In this document: piece by piece, positions 6,079-16,552 of the stretch | Layout of the letters: the number at the start of each line of letters is the position of its first letter | Numbering within the stretch: the first letter of the stretch is position 1 | Virus record (IMG/VR): IMGVR_UViG_3300047160_036266 | Location: 128,001 to 192,000 of that record | Source: a virus | Lineage: Duplodnaviria > Caudoviricetes | Strand: one strand, 5' to 3' | DNA: 64,000 nucleotides | The notes under the pieces: model-generated | Database searches by the model: none | What the model was told of the DNA's origin: nothing | What the model saw: only the letters and a program-made list of their open reading frames with translations | Position numbers and translations under genes: made by a program

Positions 6079-6924
6079 TCAGTCGCTACCGCCACCCCCG
6101 CCGTCGCCCCCACCGCAGTCGGAGCTACCGCAGTCCGATGAACTGCTGCTGTCGTAGCTCGAACTGCTGCTGTCATAGCTGCTGCTCGAACTGTCGTAGC
6201 TCGGCGTGGGGTCCGGCGTGTAACTCGGCGTTGGATCGGGGGTATAGCTGGGTGTCGGATCGGGCGCAGGGGCCGGCGCTGGTGTCGGGTCCGGCGTATC
6301 GAAGGGCGGCTGGTAGGTGTCAGCCACATATTCGCTCTTAGCACCGACATCGGCCCCGACCGTTAAAGGTTCGGCTCCCACAGGCTGGTCCTGATCCTGC
6401 TGTTGTGGCTCCGGTTGCGGTTCGGGTTCTTCCTTGCCGCCGCCGAATATGCTGCCGAAGAAGCCGCCGACACTATCGGCCAGTTCGGAGAAGAAACCGG
6501 CGCTTTCTTCGTTCTCTTCCTCTTCGGCCAGGCACACGAAGTCGCCGTCGAAGTCATCGACCAGCAACACGCTGTCTTCCTCCAGGCTGGAGGAAACGAC
6601 GAGGTAGAACTTGGCGGTAGTGGTCGTGCCGTCCGCCTTCTTCACCGTTACGGTGGTGCAGGTTTCATTGATGGCGATGGAATCCGGCGTGCCTGGGGTG
6701 GCACTGCGGGAATCCTCATTGGCCGTCAACTCAACCGATTCGGTTGTTGAAACCTTCATAACCACTTGATCGCCGTCCTCGACGGCGACAAAGTAGGCGT
6801 CCGCTTCGGTTTCAGCGGGGAACTTATCCCGATACGCGCTGACCGGCTGGATTTCGGCAGGGGTGTTACCGTCTTCCCCACGGAAGAAGGACACGCTCAC
6901 GGGACCAATGTTGACTGACTGCAT
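6079..6924 (-). CDS. Hypothetical protein with PDPTPSY / SSSSYD / Gly-rich low-complexity tail
   Basis: 281-aa ORF, GGAG RBS, tandem peptide repeats. Confidence 0.75.
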   Translation of the reverse strand: MQSVNIGPVSVSFFRGEDGNTPAEIQPVSAYRDKFPAETEADAYFVAVEDGDQVVMKVSTTESVELTANEDSRSATPGTPDSIAINETCTTVTVKKADGTTTTAKFYLVVSSSLEEDSVLLVDDFDGDFVCLAEEEENEESAGFFSELADSVGGFFGSIFGGGKEEPEPQPEPQQQDQDQPVGAEPLTVGADVGAKSEYVADTYQPPFDTPDPTPAPAPAPDPTPSYTPDPTPSYTPDPTPSYDSSSSSYDSSSSSYDSSSSSDCGSSDCGGGDGGGGGSD

Positions 6925-6957
6925 ACGTTTCTCCTTTTTGCTCTTTTGTTCTATTAA

Positions 6958-6986
6958 AGCCTACGCCGAAGAACGCTATTTGTCAA
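6958..6986 (-). promoter_or_regulatory. sigma70-like promoter
   Basis: TTGACA-N17-TAGGCT. Confidence 0.6.
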
Positions 6987-7731
6987 TCGCTTTTGGCATT
7001 ATAGGCGGTGGGGCCACCGGCACTGGAACCGCCACCCGACCCATTCTTATAACCGCTGTGCCAACTCCCTGCGCCGGGCATACTTGCGCCGCTTCCCTTT
7101 TCAAAAGCTTGCCGGGAGGACTGATTTGCCGGTAAACGCCCTTGCTGTCGTGTCCGTATGTCCCATTCTCGTTGTACATATTCTTCGCGTTTTCCACCAT
7201 CCCATTTAAGCGGGCTTTGGCTTTTTTGTGCGACATGCCCTTCCAAAGCAGGTCTTTGATGTACAACTGAGTGGCGTATTGGGTGATGTACCCTTCACTC
7301 CAGTTCTCTGGGGAAATCGTCTCCTGGGGCGACCGCCCCTTGTTATACACTTTGCGGGCCTTGGCATAATAGTGTTTGGCTATGTCTCGCCCATCCTGCC
7401 CATCCGGCCAGCGGTGGTCATTATCCAATAACCATATTGACGGTATTGGGGTGTCCTTGTCGTCGGAGGAGACGCCGTAATACTTGGCCAGGCTGCGTTC
7501 GGCACGCCGGGCGATCTCGATGTCTTTGTGTTTTACGGCACCTTGCAGGGCACGCAGGGCCTTCCAGCCCATCGCTTCCAGGTCTTTGTTGGCCTTTTCC
7601 CGAACGTGATAAGAGTCATCGCCCATCAATTCCACGAGTTTCAGTTGTTCCTTCGTAGGCTGGGGCGGGCCGTTGAACGGAGGGGCAGCCCCAAACGCCA
7701 GGGCCAGGGCTAATCCAAAAGCAGAGTACAT
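6976..7731 (-). CDS. Signal-peptide protein with HEAT-like repeat
   Basis: GGAGG RBS, MYSAFGLALALAFGAAP leader, MGDDSYHVREKANKDLEAMGWKALRAL...DIEIARRA. Confidence 0.7.
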   Translation of the reverse strand: MYSAFGLALALAFGAAPPFNGPPQPTKEQLKLVELMGDDSYHVREKANKDLEAMGWKALRALQGAVKHKDIEIARRAERSLAKYYGVSSDDKDTPIPSIWLLDNDHRWPDGQDGRDIAKHYYAKARKVYNKGRSPQETISPENWSEGYITQYATQLYIKDLLWKGMSHKKAKARLNGMVENAKNMYNENGTYGHDSKGVYRQISPPGKLLKREAAQVCPAQGVGTAVIRMGRVAVPVPVAPPPIMPKAIDK

Positions 7732-7813
7732 AGTTGTGGCCTCCTTTGCCACAAGGGGAAATGTACCTGTATTATAATGCTTGGGGAATTTTGGTGAAGC
7801 CCGAATAAATAAG

Positions 7814-8131
7814 ATGATGCGTAGTTTTTTGCAATTTGTGGACTTACTTCGTGAACAAGCACCGCCCCCGCCGCCCGGTGGGGCAGCCCCGCCCCCTCCA
7901 CCACCAGGAGGAGCGCCTGGGGGAGCGCCGCCTGGTGGCGCACCACCCGGTATGCCGCCGCCCGGCGGGGCACCGCCGCCTGGAGGGATGGGTGGTCCGC
8001 CGGGCATGGGTGGCCCTCCGATGGGAGGCGCACCTGGGGGACAGCAAGGACCGATGAAGTTGAAATCTACCAACGTGTGGGACGTGCTAGAGAAGCTATT
8101 GGGTGGTGAGCAGCAAAAGCAACACGGCTAA
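7814..8131 (+). CDS. Pro/Gly-rich putative virion internal protein
   Basis: TAAATA immediately upstream; N-terminus MRSFLQFVDLLREQ. Confidence 0.65.
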   Translation: MMRSFLQFVDLLREQAPPPPPGGAAPPPPPPGGAPGGAPPGGAPPGMPPPGGAPPPGGMGGPPGMGGPPMGGAPGGQQGPMKLKSTNVWDVLEKLLGGEQQKQHG

Positions 8132-8379
8132 TATTCCTTGGCCGGTCGCCACGTCGGATCATCTTTATAGGTAGCGGGCCGGGGCTTCATAATCCCTGGC
8201 TTAATCCAGGTTGTTCCTCGTGGATACACGATGTCAAGGTAGGTGATAAAGTCGGCGGCGTGCGGTGTAACGTACAGCGGCGGGTACTGGCCGAGTTGGT
8301 CGGAGGGTTCGGGGTACAGTCCAAGTCTGTTCGTCCGCCGCTCGTCCTCATTTAATCGCAGCCATTCCTTGAATTCCAT
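8128..8379 (-). CDS. Putative virion internal protein
   Basis: N-terminus MEFKEWLRLNE; TAAATA 5 nt upstream. Confidence 0.7.
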   Translation of the reverse strand: MEFKEWLRLNEDERRTNRLGLYPEPSDQLGQYPPLYVTPHAADFITYLDIVYPRGTTWIKPGIMKPRPATYKDDPTWRPAKEY

Positions 8380-8441
8380 GCTGGTATTTATCCGAGATTA
8401 GCCAAGAACTACAATTATCTTACTCGCCCGGAGGAAATAGC

Positions 8442-9518
8442 ATGGCACACGCGCTGATTTTTTCCGACATCCACATTTATCCGCATAAGCGGAAGGTCGA
8501 GCGTCTGGAGGACTGCCTCAAGGCGCTCGATTGGGTTTTCCAGGTCGCCAGGGAGCGCAAGATCGAGGACATTATCTTCGGTGGCGACCTGCTGCACGAC
8601 CGCCAGCGCATCGACGTGTTTACTTACATGCGGACCTGGGAAATTCTGAAAAGGAACATGACCGGCAACCTGCGGCTGTGGCTGCTGCTTGGCAATCACG
8701 ACCTGTGGTTTGCGCAGAAGTGGAGCGTCAGCAGCATCCACCCCTTCTCGGCCTTACCCGGCGTGACGGTTATTGACAAGCCCTCCCGGCTGAAGATCGC
8801 CGGGGCGTATTTCGACTTTATTCCTTATACCCATGACCCCATCGCCGCCTTGGAGGAACTGCGCCAGATGGGCGGCAAGGTTCCCTATGCCGTTGGCCAC
8901 CTGGCGATGCACGGGGCCAAGATCAATGCCCACCATCAGGCGGATGTTGTTATCGAACACGACGGCGACATGGTGACGGTGGACCCGAAGATATTCAAGG
9001 GCTATGAATGGGTGTTCCTGGGCCACTACCACGCCGCCCAGCAGATTGCCGACAACGTGGAGTACATCGGCTCCCCGCTCGAATTGAGCTTCGGGGAGGC
9101 TTTTCAAAAGAAGCACATCATCGACTTCGACGTGGCCCATAACCACCGGGAATATATTGAAAACACGTTCTCGCCCAAGCACCTGTACCTGAAGCCCGAA
9201 GATTTGAACAAGCACGACCTGGACAATAACTTCGTAATTGTCCTGACGGATGATATTTCGGCGGCTGACGTGACGCAGTTGCGTTCCGAGTTACTGAAGG
9301 AGCATGAACTCGGCAGCCTGCAAATTCGCCAGGTTCAGCGCAAAAATGCCGATGACGACACCATTATTCATGACGCCAAAGCTATCTTATTCAAGGAGGA
9401 CGAGATGTTGGAGCGGTACATGAAAGAAGTGCCGCCGGACAACCTCGATAACGATACCTGCCTTCAAGTCGGCAAGCGGATCATCACCGAAAAGAATAAA
9501 GTTGACGTAACAATATAA
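8442..9518 (+). CDS. Mre11/SbcD-like (T4 gp47-like) metallophosphoesterase nuclease
   Basis: SDIH, GGDLLH, GNHD, GHYH motifs. Confidence 0.92.
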   Translation: MAHALIFSDIHIYPHKRKVERLEDCLKALDWVFQVARERKIEDIIFGGDLLHDRQRIDVFTYMRTWEILKRNMTGNLRLWLLLGNHDLWFAQKWSVSSIHPFSALPGVTVIDKPSRLKIAGAYFDFIPYTHDPIAALEELRQMGGKVPYAVGHLAMHGAKINAHHQADVVIEHDGDMVTVDPKIFKGYEWVFLGHYHAAQQIADNVEYIGSPLELSFGEAFQKKHIIDFDVAHNHREYIENTFSPKHLYLKPEDLNKHDLDNNFVIVLTDDISAADVTQLRSELLKEHELGSLQIRQVQRKNADDDTIIHDAKAILFKEDEMLERYMKEVPPDNLDNDTCLQVGKRIITEKNKVDVTI

Positions 9519-9526
9519 GGGGACTG

Positions 9527-10297
9527 ATGCAACAATGTGTAGTGACCAGTTTTGATAAGCGTTACTGGCAGGAGTGGGGTGCTGCCTGGGTCGCCTCGCT
9601 GAAGGAGCTTGCCAAATATAAAGGCAACGTGGTGGTTATCAACATGGGCGACCTGCCCGGTCCTGCGGTGGGCCGGCTCAAACAGTTGAAATTTACGGTC
9701 ATTCCCGTCGTTTCCCGGTTCGATAATCCTCCCCTGGATCGCTTTGTGACCCTTGGTTTGTATGGCCGGGAGAATCCGGGCCACTACGCCTATTGGGAGG
9801 CCGATGCCTATTTCCAAGCGGACCTGGAGGGGGTGTTCGACGCCCCTTCCCTGGCCTGCACCTTTGACCACAGCACATTCGGCCAGCAGCCAATTCACAC
9901 CGGCTTTATTAGTGCGCCGTCAGAATTATGGAACGTATTCGGCAACTTCCTCACGTTTGCCGCCAACTTTGGCAACACGTCTGACCAGGATATATTAAAC
10001 AACTTTGGCCGTTGTTTTAACCGACTGGTAACGGTGGCCGACCCCAAGTGGAACTGCACGGACCTTGCCAGTTTGAAATGGCGGGACGGGTTTTATTTGG
10101 GTGACTCGTTGGTGCGTGTCGTTCACCCCAGCGGGGCTTTCAAAAATATGACGGGCCGGCAATATATGTTTAGCGAAAAATATAAGAGCCTCTATGATGA
10201 TTGGCACGCCTGGCTTATCAAGGGCAACTCCACGTCGGCCCGCAGTATTCTAAAGAAAACGTCAAAATACCTGACCTTCAAAAAGAACTCACCTTGA
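9527..10297 (+). CDS. Putative GT-A fold glycosyltransferase-like protein
   Basis: YAYWEADAYFQ (DxD-like), IHTGFI, DQDILN, WNC pattern seen in GT8/GT77-like enzymes. Confidence 0.5.
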   Translation: MQQCVVTSFDKRYWQEWGAAWVASLKELAKYKGNVVVINMGDLPGPAVGRLKQLKFTVIPVVSRFDNPPLDRFVTLGLYGRENPGHYAYWEADAYFQADLEGVFDAPSLACTFDHSTFGQQPIHTGFISAPSELWNVFGNFLTFAANFGNTSDQDILNNFGRCFNRLVTVADPKWNCTDLASLKWRDGFYLGDSLVRVVHPSGAFKNMTGRQYMFSEKYKSLYDDWHAWLIKGNSTSARSILKKTSKYLTFKKNSP

Positions 10298-10360
10298 TCC
10301 GAGTTGGCTGCCGCCAGACAATAACAGGTCTGGCTATAATACGGTCGGACGGAGCAGCCA

Positions 10361-12391
10361 ATGCGGAACCTTCACTTCAAGTACGCCAAAGCAGAGAACT
10401 TTATTTGCTTCGGCCCGGAACCCATCGAACTGAAATTCGAGACACTTGGCAACATCGTCCTGGTCCGGGGCCGTATCCTCGACCGGCAGCAGGATAGCGA
10501 GGAGGACGATGATAAAGCGTCCTGCAACGGCGTCGGCAAGTCTTCGATCCCCGAAATCCTCACTTATGCCCTTTACGGGAAGACGATAAAGAAGCCCAAG
10601 AAAATCGGGCACAAGGACGTTATCAACAACAAATGCACCGGCAAATTGCGGGTGGAGGTCCAGTGGGACGACTACCGGGTGGTGCGCACGCGCGTCCTGG
10701 GCAAGACGGGGAAGGACAGCGGCACCATTCAGTTCTGGGAAAGCTCGGAGGGCATCTGGAACGACGACACGGAAAAAACCTTGGGTGGGATGCCGGCTAC
10801 CCAAAAACTCATCGAGGAAAAGATTGGCCTCTCTTACGAGGCGTTCGTCAACGTCGTTATCTTCACCGATGACTCCAATGCCGCCTTCCTTGAATGCGAC
10901 ACCGGGGAGAAGCGGCAGATCGTTGAGAACCTGTTATCCCTGGAGAAGTACCGGGATTATGGGGAAACGGCCAAGCGCCTCCTCAAAGAATCCAATAACA
11001 GCGTGAAGGTGCTGGCCAAGGAATATGAATTGCTGCTGGCAAGCAAGGACACCACCGAGCGCCGGGTCGGGCAGATCAGGAGTCAAGAAAAGCAGTGGAA
11101 GGATAACCGCCTGGCGGAAATAAAGGGCCTGTTTGACCAGGCCAAAGCCAAGAAAGTCCAACTGGAAAGCACGGACGAAGGATCGGCGCTGCTCCAGTAT
11201 CAGGAAGCCCAGGATAAAATCAAGGTACTCAGCGAGGAAATAACCGAGTACGAGGGGAAGGCCCAGGTGGCAAGCGACCACCTAAAAAAGACCCATGCTG
11301 CCCTTAACCTCCTGCGGGATGGGCGAAACGCTAAAGCCATTGAACTTCAGACCGCCAAGCTCGCCATTGCCGCCCAGGAAAAGGAGATTGCCGCTAAGGA
11401 GCGGGCCGTTCGGGAACTCCAGGGGAAGCAAGGAACCTGCCCCTGGTGCTACGGCCAGGTCGATCCGGCCAACTTTGCTCATGTCATCGAACATGCCCAG
11501 CAAGCCCAGGAGGAGGCTCGCCAGGCCATCGTCGGTTTCAAGGATGAGATGGCCGGCTTCAACGAAAGTATCGCCAAATACGACGAGAAGATCGAACGGT
11601 GTCATGCCGTTATAAGCGATGCCGAAACCAAAGCCCAGCGGATTCAGACTAAATTGCGGGAGAACCGCAATCAGATTCACGCCTTTTCCCAGGTGCGCGA
11701 ACCGAAGGCTAATAGCGCCCAATTACTCTTGGAGCAGCAGATCGCTGACCTGCGCAAGCAGGCGGCGGATAAGAACGCCGAACTGGAGGGGCCTTCCCCA
11801 TACGCCGAGATATTGAAGTCCTCGCTGGACGATATTGATAAGGCGACCGCCGCCTGCGTGGCCAAGGACGCCCAGATCAAGGAGGAGGAAGCCTCGCAGC
11901 CTTACTACACCTACTGGCTCAAAGCGTTTGGCGACGATGGCATTCGCAAGTTCGTCATTGACGGCATCATTCCAGCGCTGAACGCCCGCATCGAATATTG
12001 GCTCCAGTTTCTCATCGACAATAAGATCGAATTGGTATTCAACAACCAGTTGGACGAGAATATCCAGCGCAACCCGCCGGACGGCAACCCCTTCGTCTAC
12101 CACATGCTCAGCAAAGGTCAGCGGCAGCGCTTAAACCTGGCGGTGTCCCAGGCTTTTGCCTACGTTATGATGCTCAACTCTGGCACGTCGCCGTCCGTGG
12201 TCTTCCTCGATGAAGTGACCACCAATGTGGACCCGCAGGGCGTGCAGGGAGTTTATAATATGATCTGCGAACTGGCGAAGGACAAGCAGGTTTTTGTCAC
12301 CACTCATGACCATGATCTGCTCGGTATGCTTCATGGTTGTCAGACTATCAACCTGGAGATGCGGAACGGTATTACCACCCTCGCCAAGTAA
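10361..12391 (+). CDS. Rad50/SbcC-like (T4 gp46-like) ATPase
   Basis: Walker A NGVGKSS, coiled coil, CPWC zinc hook, LSKGQ signature, FLDE Walker B, TH. Confidence 0.95.
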   Translation: MRNLHFKYAKAENFICFGPEPIELKFETLGNIVLVRGRILDRQQDSEEDDDKASCNGVGKSSIPEILTYALYGKTIKKPKKIGHKDVINNKCTGKLRVEVQWDDYRVVRTRVLGKTGKDSGTIQFWESSEGIWNDDTEKTLGGMPATQKLIEEKIGLSYEAFVNVVIFTDDSNAAFLECDTGEKRQIVENLLSLEKYRDYGETAKRLLKESNNSVKVLAKEYELLLASKDTTERRVGQIRSQEKQWKDNRLAEIKGLFDQAKAKKVQLESTDEGSALLQYQEAQDKIKVLSEEITEYEGKAQVASDHLKKTHAALNLLRDGRNAKAIELQTAKLAIAAQEKEIAAKERAVRELQGKQGTCPWCYGQVDPANFAHVIEHAQQAQEEARQAIVGFKDEMAGFNESIAKYDEKIERCHAVISDAETKAQRIQTKLRENRNQIHAFSQVREPKANSAQLLLEQQIADLRKQAADKNAELEGPSPYAEILKSSLDDIDKATAACVAKDAQIKEEEASQPYYTYWLKAFGDDGIRKFVIDGIIPALNARIEYWLQFLIDNKIELVFNNQLDENIQRNPPDGNPFVYHMLSKGQRQRLNLAVSQAFAYVMMLNSGTSPSVVFLDEVTTNVDPQGVQGVYNMICELAKDKQVFVTTHDHDLLGMLHGCQTINLEMRNGITTLAK

Positions 12392-12497
12392 TAATACCCC
12401 TCTCGGTGTAATAGCCGAATTTTTGGCGCTATTACACTTAGATACCTGCCCCTGAAGACGGGATCGTTGACTTTAAGTAGAAGAAAGAAGGGAGAAA

Positions 12498-14750
12498 ATG
12501 TCTATAAAGGCTTTACAAGATTACACTTACGTCAGTAAGTACGCCCGATATAACGCGAATGATCGGAAGCGGGAGTCATGGGTGGAGGCAGTGGAGCGGG
12601 TGAAGGAAATGCACCTGCGCAAGTACCCGCAGGTGCGACCTGAGATCGAGTGGGCGTTCGAGCAGGTCCGGTTGAAAAAGACGTTAGGAAGTCAGCGTGC
12701 TTTACAATTTGGCGGCACGCCAATCGAGCGGAAAAACGCCCGGATGTACAATTGCTGCGTTTCATTTTGCGACCGGATGCGCTTTTTCCAAGAATGTTTC
12801 TGGTTGCTCCTTTGCGGTTGCGGCACCGGCTTTTCAGTGCAAAAGCATCATGTCGCCAAGTTACCTGATTTTTCCAAGAACTTACTTACCAAGGGCAAGC
12901 GAACCTTCATTATTCCTGACACCATCGAGGGTTGGGCTGATGCCCTGGGGATATTGTTAGCGACCTACATGGCGCACCCGCAGTACCCGGAATGGGAAGG
13001 TTATGAGGCGGTCTTTGACTACACACGCATTCGTCCCGCCGGTTCCGATCTGGCTTCGGGTGTTGGCAAGGCCCCCGGTCATAAACCTTTGAAACGGTCC
13101 CTGGAAATCGTCCGCCAACTCCTCGACCAGCGGATTGGCGAGGGCTTTACCCGCCTGCGGCCCATCGACGCTTATGACATCGTGATGCACGCTTCTGATG
13201 CCGTGTTGTCTGGCGGCGTTAGACGCTCAGCGACGATCTGCCTGTTTTCGGCGGACGACATGGAGATGGCCACCGCCAAGACTGGCAACTGGTTTGCCGA
13301 GAATCCCCAGCGTGCCCGCTCAAATAATTCTGCTTTGTTATTGCGTGACAAGACCACGCGCAAGCAGTTCCTCAAGCTGATGGAGAGCGTCAAGGAGTTT
13401 GGCGAGCCGGGCTTTGTATGGAGCGACAGTACCGAGTTGGTAGTCAACCCCTGCGTGGAGATCGGCATGTGGCCGGTCCATTGGCTGACGGGGGAAACGG
13501 GCTGGCAAATGTGCAACCTGTGCGAGATCAATGGGCGAAAAATAAAGTGCAAGGAGGACTTCGCCCTCGCCGCCAAAGCGGCAGCTATTATTGGCACTCT
13601 CCAGGCCGGGTATACGGATTTTGATTACCTGGGGAAGACCAGCAAGGAGATCGTGGACCGGGAGGCGCTGCTGGGGGTATCAATTACGGGGATGATGGAC
13701 AACCCGGACATCATATTTGACCCGAAAACGCAGCGGGAGATGGCCAAATTGGTGTTGGACGTGAACGCCGAATTCGCCCCAAAAATCGGCGTCCGCCCAT
13801 GCGCCCGTGGCACCTGCGTCAAGCCAGCCGGCACGACATCCTGCATCCTGGGATGCGCCAGCGGCATTCACCCCCACCACGCCAAACGCTATTTCCGGCG
13901 GCAGCAGGCCAATTATATGGAGGCCCCCCTTCAGCACTTTAAGAAGTTCAATCCCAAGGCGGTGGAACCTTCGGTGTGGAGCGCCAACCAGACCGACGAG
14001 GTTATTACGTTCTGCGTGGAAGTGCCGGACGGCGCTCGCACCAAGAACCAGACCAACGCCATTACCCTGCTCAAATACGTCAAGTTGACGCAGCAAAATT
14101 GGGTCACGCACGGGAAGCGGGCCGAAGTCTGCACGCAGCCCTGGCTGACCCATAACGTCTCCAACACGATCAACGTCAAGCCGGAGGAGTGGGGGCCGGT
14201 GTCGGAGTTCATCTATGACAACCGCCAGTTTTTTGCCGGTATTGCGCTGCTGCCGCAGTCCGGCGACCTGGATTACAAGCAGGCTCCCATGTGCGTGGTC
14301 CACGACGCGAAGGAAATCGTCAAGACCTACGGTGAAGGGAGTCTTTTTGCTTCCGGGCTGATTGTTGACGGGCTGCGGGCCTTCGACAACGATCTGTGGG
14401 AAGCCTGCGATGCTGCCCAGGGGAAAGGAACGCCGGTCGAGGAGCCGGTGGAACCCGTGCGTTTGACGCCAACCTTTTCCGTGCCGGAGTTCAGCGAATG
14501 GAAGGCGGCGAAGGAGAAATACGAGGCGAAGCTCGACTGGATTCGACGGGCCAAGCAGTTTGCGCAACGGTATTTTGGCGACGACATTCGGCAGATGTCT
14601 TACTGCCTCAAGGAAGTCGCCAATTGGAAGCAGTGGTGCGACCTGAGCCGGGCGTATGTGGATGTACCCTGGCAGGAGATGGTGGAAGAGGAGGATAATA
14701 CCAAACCGATGCAGGAATGGGCCTGCGCTGGCGGCGCGTGCCAGATATAA
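12498..14750 (+). CDS. nrdJ: Class II (adenosylcobalamin-dependent) ribonucleotide reductase
   Basis: YNC, GCGTGFSV, GGVRRSA, NPCVEI, CNLCE, TCVKPAGT, C-terminal CAGGAC. Confidence 0.93.
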   Translation: MSIKALQDYTYVSKYARYNANDRKRESWVEAVERVKEMHLRKYPQVRPEIEWAFEQVRLKKTLGSQRALQFGGTPIERKNARMYNCCVSFCDRMRFFQECFWLLLCGCGTGFSVQKHHVAKLPDFSKNLLTKGKRTFIIPDTIEGWADALGILLATYMAHPQYPEWEGYEAVFDYTRIRPAGSDLASGVGKAPGHKPLKRSLEIVRQLLDQRIGEGFTRLRPIDAYDIVMHASDAVLSGGVRRSATICLFSADDMEMATAKTGNWFAENPQRARSNNSALLLRDKTTRKQFLKLMESVKEFGEPGFVWSDSTELVVNPCVEIGMWPVHWLTGETGWQMCNLCEINGRKIKCKEDFALAAKAAAIIGTLQAGYTDFDYLGKTSKEIVDREALLGVSITGMMDNPDIIFDPKTQREMAKLVLDVNAEFAPKIGVRPCARGTCVKPAGTTSCILGCASGIHPHHAKRYFRRQQANYMEAPLQHFKKFNPKAVEPSVWSANQTDEVITFCVEVPDGARTKNQTNAITLLKYVKLTQQNWVTHGKRAEVCTQPWLTHNVSNTINVKPEEWGPVSEFIYDNRQFFAGIALLPQSGDLDYKQAPMCVVHDAKEIVKTYGEGSLFASGLIVDGLRAFDNDLWEACDAAQGKGTPVEEPVEPVRLTPTFSVPEFSEWKAAKEKYEAKLDWIRRAKQFAQRYFGDDIRQMSYCLKEVANWKQWCDLSRAYVDVPWQEMVEEEDNTKPMQEWACAGGACQI

Positions 14751-14756
14751 TGCGTA

Positions 14757-14788
14757 GCACCCGGCGGGTCTTCCTGCCGGGTGCTTTC
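14757..14788 (+). terminator. Intrinsic terminator
   Basis: GCACCCGGCGGG-TCTT-CCTGCCGGGTGC-TTT. Confidence 0.55.
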
Positions 14789-14839
14789 GTTTGGTATACT
14801 ACTCTCATAGATAAGAGCGAAGCTTTTATGGGGGTGGTC

Positions 14840-16483
14840 ATGGGCAAGTACATTATCGTGGCGGGCGGCGTTATTTCGGGAACGGGAAAGGGAATTTCAG
14901 CCGCTTCGCTCGGTTTGCTTCTGAGCCTCCGTGGCCTCAAGATTCACCCAATCAAGTTCGATCCCTACCTGAACACCAACGCCGGCATTCTCGCGCCTCG
15001 TGAACACGGGGAGGTTTACTTGTGCGACGACGGCAGCGAGACGGACCTGGACCTGGGACACTATGAGCGCATTATCGGCTGTCCGGTATCGAGCAAGAAT
15101 ATCCTCACCAGCGGCACGGTCTACAAGGAACTCATTCAGGAGGAGGAGGAAGGTAAGTACCTGGGCCAGACGGTCCAGTTTATTCCCCACGTCACCGACA
15201 AGATTATGCACCGCATGACCGACTTAGGCAAGGAGGCCGACGTGGTGATTATCGAGATCGGCGGCACGGTGGGGGACATCGAGAGCGGCCCTTTCCTTGA
15301 GGCCGTCCGCCAGTTCAAGCAGCGCAACTGGAACGATGTCATGCTCATCCTGGTCGCCCCGATCCTGTGGATTCCGACGATCAAGGAGTTCAAGACCAAG
15401 CCGCTCCAGAAGGCTGTCCGGGAGCTTCAATCGTTCGGCCTGACGCCGGAAATCCTGCTCTGCCGTGTTGACCGTCCAATGTCTTCCAAAATCCTTGACA
15501 AAGTATCCAACCTGACCAACGTACCCCGTGCGGCGGTGTTCGAGGCCCCCGACGTGGAGACGATCTATCAGGTGCCCCTGGAGCTTTACAATCGCCACGT
15601 CGATGATCTGATTATTGACAAGTTCCACATGACCCGCAACGGCGTGCGCATTCACAAGTACCGGGAGTTGGTCGAGAAATATGTGGACGACAAGGAAATG
15701 TCCGAAGTGGAGATCGGCGTCCTGGGCAAGTACGACAATTGCTGCGAGGCGTACCTGTCCTTGAAGGAGGCCATCTACCATGCCGGCGTGTCGAACAACG
15801 TCCGCACCAAGATTCGCTGGATTGCCGCTGAGGAGTTGGAGAACGCCAAGGACATGCGTGGGGTCTGGAAGCACTTCGAGGGCTTGCACGGTGTCATCGT
15901 ACCGGGCGGTTTCGATGCGCGTGGCATCGAGGGCAAGATTCGGGGCATCAAATACGTCCGGGAGAAAAAGATACCTTTCCTGGGCATCTGTCTGGGCCTC
16001 CAATGTGCGGTCATTGAATATGCACGGAGCCGGGGGCTGGAGAAGGCCAACAGTGAGGAGTTCGACGCCAAGACGCAGCATCCGGTCATTCATTATGTCA
16101 AGGGCCAGGAAGGATTGACCAAGAAGAGCGCCACCATGCGCTTGGGAGCCTACGACTGTGAACTGGAGAAGGATTCCCTGGCGTTTGATCTTTACAAGAA
16201 GAAGACGATCAGCGAGCGGCATCGGCACCGTTACGAGGTCAATCCTTTTTACGCCGACAACCCGACGTTTTCGGAGAAGGGGCTGCGGGTGACGGGCCGG
16301 CACCCCAGCGGGCTTATTGAGATCATGGAGATGGACCGCAACGTGCATCCGTTCTTTATAGGGACGCAGGCGCACCCGGAGTTCAAGAGCCGACTAACGG
16401 CGGCTGCGCCGCTGTTCCAGGGTTTAGTCGCTGCCGCCGTGCAGCGCAAAGCGTTGGAGCCTGATAATGACTCAAAAGTATAG
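14840..16483 (+). CDS. pyrG: CTP synthase
   Basis: GGVISGTGKG, KFDPYLN, EIGGTVGDIE, KTKPLQ, GICLG, HPEF. Confidence 0.97.
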   Translation: MGKYIIVAGGVISGTGKGISAASLGLLLSLRGLKIHPIKFDPYLNTNAGILAPREHGEVYLCDDGSETDLDLGHYERIIGCPVSSKNILTSGTVYKELIQEEEEGKYLGQTVQFIPHVTDKIMHRMTDLGKEADVVIIEIGGTVGDIESGPFLEAVRQFKQRNWNDVMLILVAPILWIPTIKEFKTKPLQKAVRELQSFGLTPEILLCRVDRPMSSKILDKVSNLTNVPRAAVFEAPDVETIYQVPLELYNRHVDDLIIDKFHMTRNGVRIHKYRELVEKYVDDKEMSEVEIGVLGKYDNCCEAYLSLKEAIYHAGVSNNVRTKIRWIAAEELENAKDMRGVWKHFEGLHGVIVPGGFDARGIEGKIRGIKYVREKKIPFLGICLGLQCAVIEYARSRGLEKANSEEFDAKTQHPVIHYVKGQEGLTKKSATMRLGAYDCELEKDSLAFDLYKKKTISERHRHRYEVNPFYADNPTFSEKGLRVTGRHPSGLIEIMEMDRNVHPFFIGTQAHPEFKSRLTAAAPLFQGLVAAAVQRKALEPDNDSKV

Positions 16484-16552
16484 AGGGTACTACTATTACG
16501 GTAGGCCCTTTGCTTGGTATTTCGACTGGAAAGGCCACTATATAAAGGTGTT

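Noticed and set aside
7732-8073. Pro/Gly N-terminal extension of ORF 6976-8073
   Set aside because: It is the antisense shadow of the plus-strand 7814-8131 gene; the true start is MYSAF at 7731 with a GGAGG RBS
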